Below are positions 50,650-59,048 of a DNA stretch of 64,000 nt, in pieces. Under the pieces are notes generated by a model. The model was not told the origin of the DNA, ran no database searches, and worked only from the letters and a program-made list of their open reading frames with translations. The DNA comes from a virus, in the IMG/VR virus record IMGVR_UViG_3300042945_001831, positions 17,458 to 81,457 of that record; one strand, 5' to 3'. Both the position numbers and the translations under genes were made by a program. Positions within the stretch are counted from its first letter, which is position 1; the number at the start of each line of letters is the position of its first letter.

Positions 50650-51060
50650 ATGACACAACGAATTGACTTTGATAAATATCAAAACTTTGTAGATGCAGTA
50701 ACATCTGATGCTTCTAAAGATTTTGTAGCACTTGCTGATCGTCTAGTTGCTCTGGATGAAAAAGGTGCAAACATTGAGCGTCTTTTGACTGCTGGTGTTG
50801 GCATTAATGCTGAAGGCGGTGAGTTTCTAGAAATTGTAAAAAAACTAGTTTTTCAAGGTAAATCTTGGAATGATGAGAATCGCACACATCTAATCAAAGA
50901 ACTTGGTGATATTATGTGGTATGTTGCCCAAGCTTGTATTGCTCTTAATGTTTCTTTTGATGATGTAATTCAGACAAATATTGATAAACTGATGAAGCGT
51001 TATCCAGATGGATTCTTTGATGTTTATTACAGTGAAAATCGTGAAACAGGAGACATCTAA
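50650..51060 (+). CDS. mazG: MazG nucleotide pyrophosphohydrolase
   Basis: Start at 50650. AEGGEFLEIVKK, KELGDIMWY and NIDKLMKRYP. Confidence 0.92.
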   Translation: MTQRIDFDKYQNFVDAVTSDASKDFVALADRLVALDEKGANIERLLTAGVGINAEGGEFLEIVKKLVFQGKSWNDENRTHLIKELGDIMWYVAQACIALNVSFDDVIQTNIDKLMKRYPDGFFDVYYSENRETGDI

Positions 51061-51239
51061 TGGCAAAAGCAGTATCTATTAAAATTGATGTTCGTGCTGC
51101 TGCGGCAGTTCGTCAAATCTTGTTTGATGCACAAAAAGGATATACTTATGATGAGGGTTCTGTTCCTCCTCGTATTGTTGATATTCGTAATGTGATTTCA
51201 GATCTTGATTCAAAAATTGAAGAACAAGTAAAAGAATAA
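51060..51239 (+). CDS. 59-aa hypothetical protein (below the ORF track cutoff)
   Basis: TAATG coupling to mazG. Reads MAKAVSIKIDVRAAAAVRQILFDAQKGYTYDEGSVPPRIVDIRNVISDLDSKIEEQVKE. Confidence 0.75.
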   Translation: MAKAVSIKIDVRAAAAVRQILFDAQKGYTYDEGSVPPRIVDIRNVISDLDSKIEEQVKE

Positions 51240-51243
51240 ATTG

Positions 51244-51281
51244 ATCTCCTCTTTCTAAATATAAGAAAGAGGAGATTTTTT
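51244..51281 (+). promoter_or_regulatory. 13-bp hairpin with CTAAATA late promoter at the loop; 3' arm contains the SD of the next gene; T-run follows
   Basis: ATCTCCTCTTTCT-AAATATA-AGAAAGAGGAGAT-TTTTT, with ATG at 51284. Confidence 0.8.
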
Positions 51282-51283
51282 GT

Positions 51284-52822
51284 ATGGCATTGCCCGCAGC
51301 AGAAATTATCAATGAAACAATGTGGGTAATCTATTTTTTGGTTGCTAAAAAATCTTCAAATTTTGTACTTAAAGGTACAAATATAGATGAAAATTTTATG
51401 ATTGATATTTTTGAATCCAAAGGAAAATTGTCTGGATTCATTAAAGATTATGGATTTAGCCAACAACTATCTGGATTGAGATCTGAAATTTCAAACATAG
51501 ATTCTAAAGTGAATTCTAAAGATGCAAAAAAATATTTTTCAGAAAATGGTTGGCACGATGCTTTGCAATCTCAAGTAAAAAATTTAATTAAAAATCAAAA
51601 AATATCATTTATTGATAAATTAAAAATAGTAAGACAAACTGATTTTTATGAGATGAGTGATATTAAAGAGTTTTTATCAAAAGTTTGGAAAATTTTTAAA
51701 TTTTCTGCAGCTTACGATAGATGGAATCCATCTGATGTTTGGTTTTATAGTGATATTGCCATTAGGGAGATAAAAGATTATATTAAACTGACATCGGTAA
51801 ATAAACAAGAAACAAATTTTTTACAAGATAGAATTAAAAAAAATCTAGCTATAGATGACATTGCGGGTTTAAATAAACTTATACTAAAACTTTATGAAGA
51901 AAAAAAATTAGCTCCAATTTCACTTAAAAAATCAACATTAAATAAAGGAGTTTATTCTTCTAGGATAGGATTAGTTAATGTTCCTCAAAATGATATGGGA
52001 AGACCAACCCCACCAAAAGTAACAGAAAAACAAGATCCAATAAAATTATATCCAAACAAATATATTTCTGGTGGAGTTCGTGGGTCCAAGGGAACAAATC
52101 TTAAATATGATATTGAAATAGATCAAGTAATTTTAGATATGGATGGTAACAAAAAATATAAAAGAGAAACAGATTCTGTAGTTTACGATGACAAAGGAAA
52201 AGTATTGGTTGTAACAAAAGAAGACAAATTTATAGAAGCTCAAGGTGGATCTTTTGGTATGAAAGATGCAGAAAAAGTTGTATATACTGCATCAGGTAGC
52301 AGAGAGATTAAAAAAATTAGAAGAGATGTGTTCAAAAAATCATTATCAAGTGATCTCATAAGCCAAGGTGAAATGATTGGAAAAACTTATGAAGATAAAT
52401 TAAAAAATTCTTATAATTATATTGAAGGAATGTCAAATGTTTTAGAACCATCTACTAAAAATAAAAAATTGGCATTTTCTGTTGCTGAAATTAATAATAA
52501 TCAAAATATGAAGGATAAAAAAGTATATGAGGAAGTACAAAATAAACTTGAAATTGCTCTTGCGGTAAAAAATTCTGGAAAAGAAGATGAAGTTATTTTG
52601 GATTTGTGGTCTGCTATAACAAGCAAAGGAATTACAAATAGAAAAGATTATGAAAGAATGGTTGAGAGAATTGGATATGGAATATATAATAGATCAAAAA
52701 AATCAGGACAAAAACAATTAACTCAAAAAGAAGCGGATGAATTAGCAAAACAATCATTGAGAGCAACAATAATGGGAAATCAATCTAAAGTTCCTGGTTC
52801 ATTTCATATCAAATTATATTGA
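51284..52822 (+). CDS. Lys-rich hypothetical protein, putative PD-(D/E)xK-type nuclease
   Basis: DRWNPSDVWF ... PISLKK motif pair. Confidence 0.5.
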   Translation: MALPAAEIINETMWVIYFLVAKKSSNFVLKGTNIDENFMIDIFESKGKLSGFIKDYGFSQQLSGLRSEISNIDSKVNSKDAKKYFSENGWHDALQSQVKNLIKNQKISFIDKLKIVRQTDFYEMSDIKEFLSKVWKIFKFSAAYDRWNPSDVWFYSDIAIREIKDYIKLTSVNKQETNFLQDRIKKNLAIDDIAGLNKLILKLYEEKKLAPISLKKSTLNKGVYSSRIGLVNVPQNDMGRPTPPKVTEKQDPIKLYPNKYISGGVRGSKGTNLKYDIEIDQVILDMDGNKKYKRETDSVVYDDKGKVLVVTKEDKFIEAQGGSFGMKDAEKVVYTASGSREIKKIRRDVFKKSLSSDLISQGEMIGKTYEDKLKNSYNYIEGMSNVLEPSTKNKKLAFSVAEINNNQNMKDKKVYEEVQNKLEIALAVKNSGKEDEVILDLWSAITSKGITNRKDYERMVERIGYGIYNRSKKSGQKQLTQKEADELAKQSLRATIMGNQSKVPGSFHIKLY

Positions 52823-52847
52823 ATAAATAACTAAAAATCCTGTGTAG

Positions 52848-54038
52848 ATGAAAAGTTTTTCCCAATTTATTAAAGAAGCAGTAGAAACACTTGCATCTAC
52901 TGAAGCAAAGAATCGTGGTCTTAAGGGAGATGGTCACGGAGATTGGTATGATAAACAGGGCAATCTTGTAGCAAAAACTGTAGGTGGAAAGTTAAAATAT
53001 TTTGGTCAAGGTGGTGCTGGAACTCAACAACAACAAGCACCACCACAACAACAAGCAGCATCACAACAGCAGAAGGCAGCACCACAACAAGCAACGCAGC
53101 AACAAGAAGCAGAACCAGAACAAACTAATGGTGTTGCAATTGTAATTGGAAGATTTAATCCTCCATCTAAAAATCACGGAGCATTATTAAAAGCAGGATT
53201 TTCTCAAGCAAAAAGAAGAGGATTTGAGTATCGTATCTATCCAAGTCGGATTCAGGACGATAATACAAATCCATTAAATCCAAAATTAAAGATTTCTTAT
53301 ATGAAATCAATGTTTCCAGATTATGCTGATTATATTGTAGATAGTCAAGATTCAAAAACTATTTTTGATGTATTGGGATCTTTGTATGAAGATGGATATA
53401 CTGATGTCGTGATCGTTGCTGGACAGGATAGACTTGGTGAATTTCAAAGTCTTGTTCATAAGGGTGATGGGCAATCGTATCAATTCAATAATATTGAAGT
53501 TGTTACATCTGGAGTAAAAGATCCTGATAGTGAAGTAGAAACTGCTGGCTCCTCTGCTTTGATGAGAGCTGCTGCAGCAATTGAAGATTTTTCTAGATTT
53601 TCTACTGGACTTCCACCAACAATGAAAAAGGGAGAACAAAAAGAATTGTTTAATACTATTCGTAGATCTATGAATGTCCAAGAAGATACTGAAATATGGA
53701 GAATTGCACCAGAATTGGATTATGAAGGATTGAGGTGGAATTATAAGAATAAAGGTCTTTATGAAGTTGGTAATTTAATTGAAAATTTAAATAGTGGATT
53801 GATTGGTGAAGTAATTCGTCGTGGAACAAATTATTTGATTTGTGTTACCGAAGATGGGATAATGTTTAAAAATTGGTTGAAAGATGTTCGTGAAGTATAT
53901 GAAATTGGAACTGATGAATATAGAGCACATTTTCAAAAAGGAACTCCAGGACAAGACGTTGAATCATATACCAATGTGAGAATTAAACCTACAGTGCCAA
54001 AAAAATCTATAAATATCAATAGAAAAAGAAGTATCTAG
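52848..54038 (+). CDS. Cytidylyltransferase-like nucleotidyltransferase with N-terminal extension and Gln-rich linker
   Basis: GRFNPP...H, NPL...K..YM..MFP and VAGQDR motifs. N-terminus MKSFSQFIKE. Confidence 0.82.
   Translation: MKSFSQFIKEAVETLASTEAKNRGLKGDGHGDWYDKQGNLVAKTVGGKLKYFGQGGAGTQQQQAPPQQQAASQQQKAAPQQATQQQEAEPEQTNGVAIVIGRFNPPSKNHGALLKAGFSQAKRRGFEYRIYPSRIQDDNTNPLNPKLKISYMKSMFPDYADYIVDSQDSKTIFDVLGSLYEDGYTDVVIVAGQDRLGEFQSLVHKGDGQSYQFNNIEVVTSGVKDPDSEVETAGSSALMRAAAAIEDFSRFSTGLPPTMKKGEQKELFNTIRRSMNVQEDTEIWRIAPELDYEGLRWNYKNKGLYEVGNLIENLNSGLIGEVIRRGTNYLICVTEDGIMFKNWLKDVREVYEIGTDEYRAHFQKGTPGQDVESYTNVRIKPTVPKKSININRKRSI
54008..54015 (+). promoter_or_regulatory. Late promoter TATAAATA
   Basis: Exact consensus about 30 nt upstream of the next ATG. 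Confidence 0.7.
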
Positions 54039-54043
54039 GTAAA

Positions 54044-55321
54044 ATGAGAACTTGGAAGGAAATTATAAAAGAAGCAACTGCTGCTGAAACACGTAAGGCA
54101 GGTGAAGCAGCTTTGAAAGAGATACAAGCAGAAAACAAAAAAGATAAAAATATAAAAAAGAAATCGGAATATACGGAATATTTGCAAAAGCAACTTGAAT
54201 TTAAAAAACAAAAATATGAAGATCAAAAGAAAGCACAGGTTGAAAGAATAAGACGAAAAGGAGTTCAACAGAATGTAGATAAAGCAAAGGCATCTATTTC
54301 TGGAATTAAAACTCAACAAATTAGTGATAAGGAGGGGGATGCTACTGCATACTCAAAAGCCATTGGGAATGTAGGTTCTGCTACTGCTGGTGTTGCAGGT
54401 GCTGCATATCACGGAGCACGAGCATTGTTGGCAAAAAGAGCAGCAGCAAAAAAAGCAGCAGAAGCAAAGGAAAAGCAAATAGAAAAAAAGCAACCAAAAG
54501 CAGGAGGCAGGCCACCTACTCCTAAACCAGCAACTCCTGGAGCAGGTTTGCCAAAACCTGCTGCGCCAAGATTAGGAGGAGCACCACAACCAAAATTACT
54601 TACTCCACAAACAAAAAAATTAGCTCCAGCAACAAAGAGACTTCCTCCTTCTGGTGGTGCTCCTGAAAGTTCTAGAGGTCCAAAACCAACATCGTTAGGT
54701 CAGAGAGCAAGACAAAATCCAGAACTTAAAAAGAGAATGATTGCTCAACGTAATGAGGAATATTCTAATTGGAGAGAAGAATTTCTTTATGAAATTGATA
54801 TTGAAAAACCAAATACCAAAGGAAAAAAGAAAGATATTGTTGATGTGATGCCAAAAAATGCAACAAATAAAATTGATCTCAATCCAAATGAAGGACAAGT
54901 AAAAGAATCAATTGAGAAGGAACCAATTGAAAAAGAAAATCCTGGAATGGATGTAAAAAAAAATCAACAACTGAAGCAGCAACTTATGCTTCAAAGAAAA
55001 ATTCAAATGGCTAAATTGACACAATTGAATAAAGGAATTCCACTTGAATCTTATGAATTTGAAGGAAATATAATTGATGAAGAAGGTCCTGTATTGTCTG
55101 TTGGAAGAGGAGAAAAACTTCCAGTAAGTAAAGGTGCTGGACTTACTGCTAAAGGTAGAGAAAAATACAATCGTGCAACTGGTTCAAATCTTCAAGCACC
55201 AGTAACTGGTGATGTAAAACCAGGAAGTAAAGCAGCACAACGCCGTAAGAATTTTTGCTCTCGTAGTAGAAGTTGGAAAGGCGAAAGAGGTTTAGCAGCA
55301 AGAAGACGTTGGAAGTGTTGA
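54044..55321 (+). CDS. Basic, low-complexity modular protein, candidate internal head protein
   Basis: MRTWKEIIKE start, K/A/P-rich centre, EEYSNWREE, and C-terminal GLTAKGR...RRKNFCSR...RRWKC module. Confidence 0.7.
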   Translation: MRTWKEIIKEATAAETRKAGEAALKEIQAENKKDKNIKKKSEYTEYLQKQLEFKKQKYEDQKKAQVERIRRKGVQQNVDKAKASISGIKTQQISDKEGDATAYSKAIGNVGSATAGVAGAAYHGARALLAKRAAAKKAAEAKEKQIEKKQPKAGGRPPTPKPATPGAGLPKPAAPRLGGAPQPKLLTPQTKKLAPATKRLPPSGGAPESSRGPKPTSLGQRARQNPELKKRMIAQRNEEYSNWREEFLYEIDIEKPNTKGKKKDIVDVMPKNATNKIDLNPNEGQVKESIEKEPIEKENPGMDVKKNQQLKQQLMLQRKIQMAKLTQLNKGIPLESYEFEGNIIDEEGPVLSVGRGEKLPVSKGAGLTAKGREKYNRATGSNLQAPVTGDVKPGSKAAQRRKNFCSRSRSWKGERGLAARRRWKC

Positions 55322-55322
55322 T

Positions 55323-56204
55323 GTGTCTGAAGAATTATCTGATTTTTTTAATCTACTAGCAGAAAATAAAAAAAAGAAAAAAGAAGAATTTGACTCTGTG
55401 GTCGGTGACTTGGGGTTAGATTCTGTTTTTGAAGAATTTGTCAACTTAAAAAAAGAAACTAAAAAGAAAAAAGTACAGGAACAAAAAACTGTTAGAGCAT
55501 TTGAAAAATGGTTATATACTGAGACACCTATAGAACAAGAACAAATTATTGAAAGTGCAATTGAAGAATCTTTTGATAAAGTTCTTGAGGTTTTTGGCGA
55601 TAATGAAGAAAATCTGATTGAAAAATCACTTGGATTACTTTCTGAACCATCAGATGTTAAACAAAAAAATGATCAATTAACTCCTCTGAACCAAAAGTTT
55701 GCAACACTTGATGATTTGCAAAAGCATTACAGCACTTTCCTTTCTCGTATTCAACAACAACTCTCCACAATAGGTGGAGGAGGAGAAACTCGTTTGAGAT
55801 ACTTAGATGATATTGTAGGTATTGCAACGAATTCTGGTGCTTATAATAATAAATTTTTACAATGGAATTCTACAACGAATAAAGCAGAGTTTGTTGATCC
55901 AAATGATGTTGGTGGCACAACAATTGTAAATATCTCTGGTATTACCACTTACTATCAGGCATCAAATGTTGACGATTATATTGGTGTAAATGCAAATGTT
56001 CCTGTAACAATAGTCCTTCCAATATCTCCAAATACTGGAAAAAAACTTATCGTAAAAGACGAAGGTAATAAGATTGCTACATACAATATAACAGTTCAGG
56101 CAGGTGCTGGAACAAGTGTAGAGAATGATAGTTCAGTTATTATGACTATCAATCATCAATCACTAACATATTTTTTTAATGGAAACAATTGGTTTATTGT
56201 CTAA
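55323..56204 (+). CDS. Hypothetical protein: charged coiled-coil N-half, GGGGE motif, fibre-like C-terminal domain
   Basis: RIQQQLSTIGGGGETRLRYLDD and DDYIGVN...TIVLP...GKKLIVKDE. Confidence 0.7.
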   Translation: MSEELSDFFNLLAENKKKKKEEFDSVVGDLGLDSVFEEFVNLKKETKKKKVQEQKTVRAFEKWLYTETPIEQEQIIESAIEESFDKVLEVFGDNEENLIEKSLGLLSEPSDVKQKNDQLTPLNQKFATLDDLQKHYSTFLSRIQQQLSTIGGGGETRLRYLDDIVGIATNSGAYNNKFLQWNSTTNKAEFVDPNDVGGTTIVNISGITTYYQASNVDDYIGVNANVPVTIVLPISPNTGKKLIVKDEGNKIATYNITVQAGAGTSVENDSSVIMTINHQSLTYFFNGNNWFIV

Positions 56205-56216
56205 CTAAATATCAAT

Positions 56217-56272
56217 ACCTGTGTGGTTCGCATCTATCAGGTGGAAAAGGTGCTTTCGGGCACCTTTTCTTG
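56217..56272 (+). ncRNA. Candidate small RNA (hairpin plus UUCG terminator) complementary to the downstream endonuclease leader
   Basis: CTAAATA at 56205-56211, ACCTG/CAGGT stem, then GAAAAGGTGC-TTTCGG-GCACCTTTTC. TGGTTCGCA (56224-56232) is the reverse complement of TGCGAACCA (56285-56293). Confidence 0.45.
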
Positions 56273-56280
56273 TATAAATA
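56273..56280 (+). promoter_or_regulatory. Late promoter TATAAATA for the endonuclease
   Basis: Exact consensus immediately after the terminator hairpin. Confidence 0.8.
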
Positions 56281-56306
56281 TTATTGCGAACCATAACAGA
56301 GTAGAA

Positions 56307-56873
56307 ATGATTTATTACACTTACGCATATTTGCGGGTAGATAGAACACCTTATTACATAGGAAAAGGAAAAGGTAATAGGGCATATAGAAGAAGATATA
56401 AAGGTGAAATAAAATCATCAAAAGATAAATCAAGAATAATCTTCCTCAAACAAAATCTAACTGAAGAAGAAGCATTTAGACACGAAAAGTATATGATTTC
56501 TGTCTTTGGTAGAAAAGATTTAGGAACTGGTATTCTTCATAATAGAACTGATGGTGGTGAAGGGTGTTCTGGAGCAAAAAGAAGTGAAGAAACAAAATTA
56601 AAAATGAGAACTCCTAAAAAAACAACAATAAATATGAAAAAACCAAAAAGTGAGGAGCATAAGAAAAAAATAGGATTGCATAGAAAAGGAAAAAAACACA
56701 CGGAAGAAGCAAGAAAAAAAATGAGTGATGCTCAGGTTAGGAGAATTATCACTGATGAATTTAGAGAAAAAATTCAAAAAAGTAGAATGGGAAGAAAACA
56801 TTCCGAAGAAACAAAACAAAAAATGAGAGAAAAAGCATTATTAAGAGAAGAACTAAAACGGAACAATAAATAA
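56307..56873 (+). mobile_element. Free-standing GIY-YIG-like homing endonuclease with NUMOD3-type repeats
   Basis: True start at 56307. YYTYAYL...PYYIGKG...R, E..AF..E and NRTDGGEG; repeats RSEETK, KSEEHK, HTEEAR and HSEETK. Confidence 0.85.
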
Positions 56874-56891
56874 GGTATCAGTATAATTGTT

Positions 56892-58637
56892 ATGTCTTAT
56901 AATCCTCTTCCACAACCAGCACAATCCGTAGTTCTTACAGGTGCTGGAACATCATTAGTTACTTATGCTAACCCATTTCCAGTATCTCTTGGAAGTTCAA
57001 GTATTACAATTAATGGAAGCATTACAATTCCAACAACTGTAAGTGTTGCAAGTTCTGCTGCAAATCCAGTTCATACTCATATTACTCAAATTGGTTCAAG
57101 TGGTCTTTTAGAAGACGAAGGTATTCCATATATGCCTATTGGTATTGGAACTGCACAAAATCTAAATCTTTCATATCTTCCAGTTGGCATTTCCACATTA
57201 CTGAATACTGTAAGTATAGGAAATACAGTATCAATCTCCAACACTTCTTTTTATGTTCTAAATCCAGTCACAACAGTCGCAGTATCAGGTATTGGTTCTA
57301 CTGTTACAGTTCAAGGAACAGTAGGAATTGGAACAACGGGGCAAGTATCAATCAACCTCAATAGTGCTCCTGTAAGTTCTACTAATCCCCTACCAGTTAC
57401 GGGAACACTGGGAATTTCTACAACAGCAGTAGTATCAACTACTCTACCATCAACTTCAAGTGATGCATTTGGTCGTTTAAGAATATCTCAACCTCTTACC
57501 TTATTTGATAGTTCTCACAGATATAGAGACAATAATCTTTGGGAAAGTTTAGTTGTAGGAACTGGTTCAACCGTTGGATTTGTAACCGCACAAGGTTTGA
57601 TTAATATTGGTATTGGAACTACTGCTGGTTGTTCTGTAATTAGAGAAACAACAAAAGTATTTTCATATCAACCAGGAAAATCTTTATTGATTTTGAATAC
57701 CTTTGTAATGAATGCACCAAAAACAAATCTAAGACAAAGAGTTGGATATTTTGGTGCTGATAATGGAATGTATCTGGAACTTGATGGGAATACTTTATAT
57801 TTTGTAGAAAGAAGTTTATCTACCGCAACCACAACCAGAGTCGCACAATCAAGTTGGAATATTGATAGGTTAGATGGAACTGGTGCTTCTGGTATCACAT
57901 TAGACACCACAAAAGCACAAATTCTTTGGATGGATATTGAGTGGTTGGGACTTGGAACCGTAAGAATGGGATTTGTAATCAACGGACAATTTATTCACTG
58001 CCATTCATTCCATCACGCAAATGTAATTGAATCAACTTATATCACAACAGCATCATTACCTTTGAGATATGAAATTGCTAATACAGGAATTACAACCAGT
58101 GCAAGCACACTTAAACAAGTTTGTTCTACTGTAATTTCAGAGGGTGGTTATGAACTTCGTGGATTGCAACAAGCAATTAGCATTCCAATTAATTCTCCAA
58201 GAACATTGGGAACTGCGGGAACATTTTATCCTGTAATATCTTTGCGTCTCAAAGCATCACCAAATCGTTTGGATGCGATTGTAATTCTCACAGCACTTTC
58301 TATAATGCCAATTAGCACTGGTAATTTTAATTGGCAAGTTAGAGCATCTGAAACTACTACTGGTGGTTCTTGGGTAAGTGCTGGAGATGATAGTGCTGTT
58401 GAATATAATATTACTGGAACTTCTGCTGCTGGGGGAAGAATACTAGCAAGTGGATTTTTTAACGCATCAAATCAAGCAGCAAGTCAAGTTGATATTCTGA
58501 AAGAAGCATTATTTAAGTTTCAGTTAGAAAGAAATGGATTAACTTCAACTCCTTATGAACTTACACTTGTGGTTGCTTCTGATGGTGGTAGTGATACTGT
58601 TGTTGCTTCTATGGACTGGGAAGAGATTAGTAGGTAA
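56892..58637 (+). CDS. Virion structural / fibre-like protein
   Basis: Ser/Thr/Val-rich N-half with NPxPV repeats; globular domain starting DAFGRLRISQPLTLFDS and containing YQPGKS and EWLGLG. Confidence 0.65.
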   Translation: MSYNPLPQPAQSVVLTGAGTSLVTYANPFPVSLGSSSITINGSITIPTTVSVASSAANPVHTHITQIGSSGLLEDEGIPYMPIGIGTAQNLNLSYLPVGISTLLNTVSIGNTVSISNTSFYVLNPVTTVAVSGIGSTVTVQGTVGIGTTGQVSINLNSAPVSSTNPLPVTGTLGISTTAVVSTTLPSTSSDAFGRLRISQPLTLFDSSHRYRDNNLWESLVVGTGSTVGFVTAQGLINIGIGTTAGCSVIRETTKVFSYQPGKSLLILNTFVMNAPKTNLRQRVGYFGADNGMYLELDGNTLYFVERSLSTATTTRVAQSSWNIDRLDGTGASGITLDTTKAQILWMDIEWLGLGTVRMGFVINGQFIHCHSFHHANVIESTYITTASLPLRYEIANTGITTSASTLKQVCSTVISEGGYELRGLQQAISIPINSPRTLGTAGTFYPVISLRLKASPNRLDAIVILTALSIMPISTGNFNWQVRASETTTGGSWVSAGDDSAVEYNITGTSAAGGRILASGFFNASNQAASQVDILKEALFKFQLERNGLTSTPYELTLVVASDGGSDTVVASMDWEEISR

Positions 58638-58642
58638 TTTTT

Positions 58643-58732
58643 ATGAGTGATAATATCTACTTAGGTAATCCACTTTTAAAAAAAGCAAATACACCTATAC
58701 AATTTTTACTGGATTATATTGAGAACTTATAA
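58643..58732 (+). pseudogene. Remnant of a terminase large subunit N-terminus
   Basis: MSDNIYLGNPLLKKANTPIQF aligns with resident gp17 HYKGNPNLKAENVQIEF, then loses similarity and stops after 29 codons. Confidence 0.7.
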
Positions 58733-58772
58733 TAAATAAATAAGATAGGATCATTCTTCACACGAGGTCATT

Positions 58773-58958
58773 ATGTCACTAGCAGCAATTATCGCTTGGG
58801 CAAATGCTAATCAAGCACTTATCGCAACTGTTCTTTTCGCAGTTTCAGAGGCACTTGGAGCGAATCCAAAAATCAAAGCAAACGGTCTTCTTTCACTTAT
58901 TCTTTTACAAGTTCAAGGACAACTAAAATCAAAGGGTGCTAAAGACTTAACACCTTAA
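58773..58958 (+). CDS. Small hydrophobic (membrane) protein
   Basis: SD GAGG; hydrophobic segments ALIATVLFAVSEALG and GLLSLILL. Confidence 0.7.
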   Translation: MSLAAIIAWANANQALIATVLFAVSEALGANPKIKANGLLSLILLQVQGQLKSKGAKDLTP

Positions 58959-58982
58959 TCATTTATTGATTAATATTTGGGA

Positions 58983-59017
58983 AGGGGGAGTTTGATACTC
59001 CCCTATTTTTATAAATA
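58983..59017 (+). terminator. Terminator followed by late promoter TATAAATA (59010-59017)
   Basis: GGGGAG-TTTGATA-CTCCCC-TATTTTT, then the consensus promoter. Confidence 0.75.
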
Positions 59018-59048
59018 AGTTTAGGAAAAAAAATTAACGAGAAAACAC

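Noticed and set aside
53020-53110. CAA/CAG-rich repeat-like tract
   Set aside because: It encodes an in-frame Gln/Ala linker and is not an array or mobile repeat.
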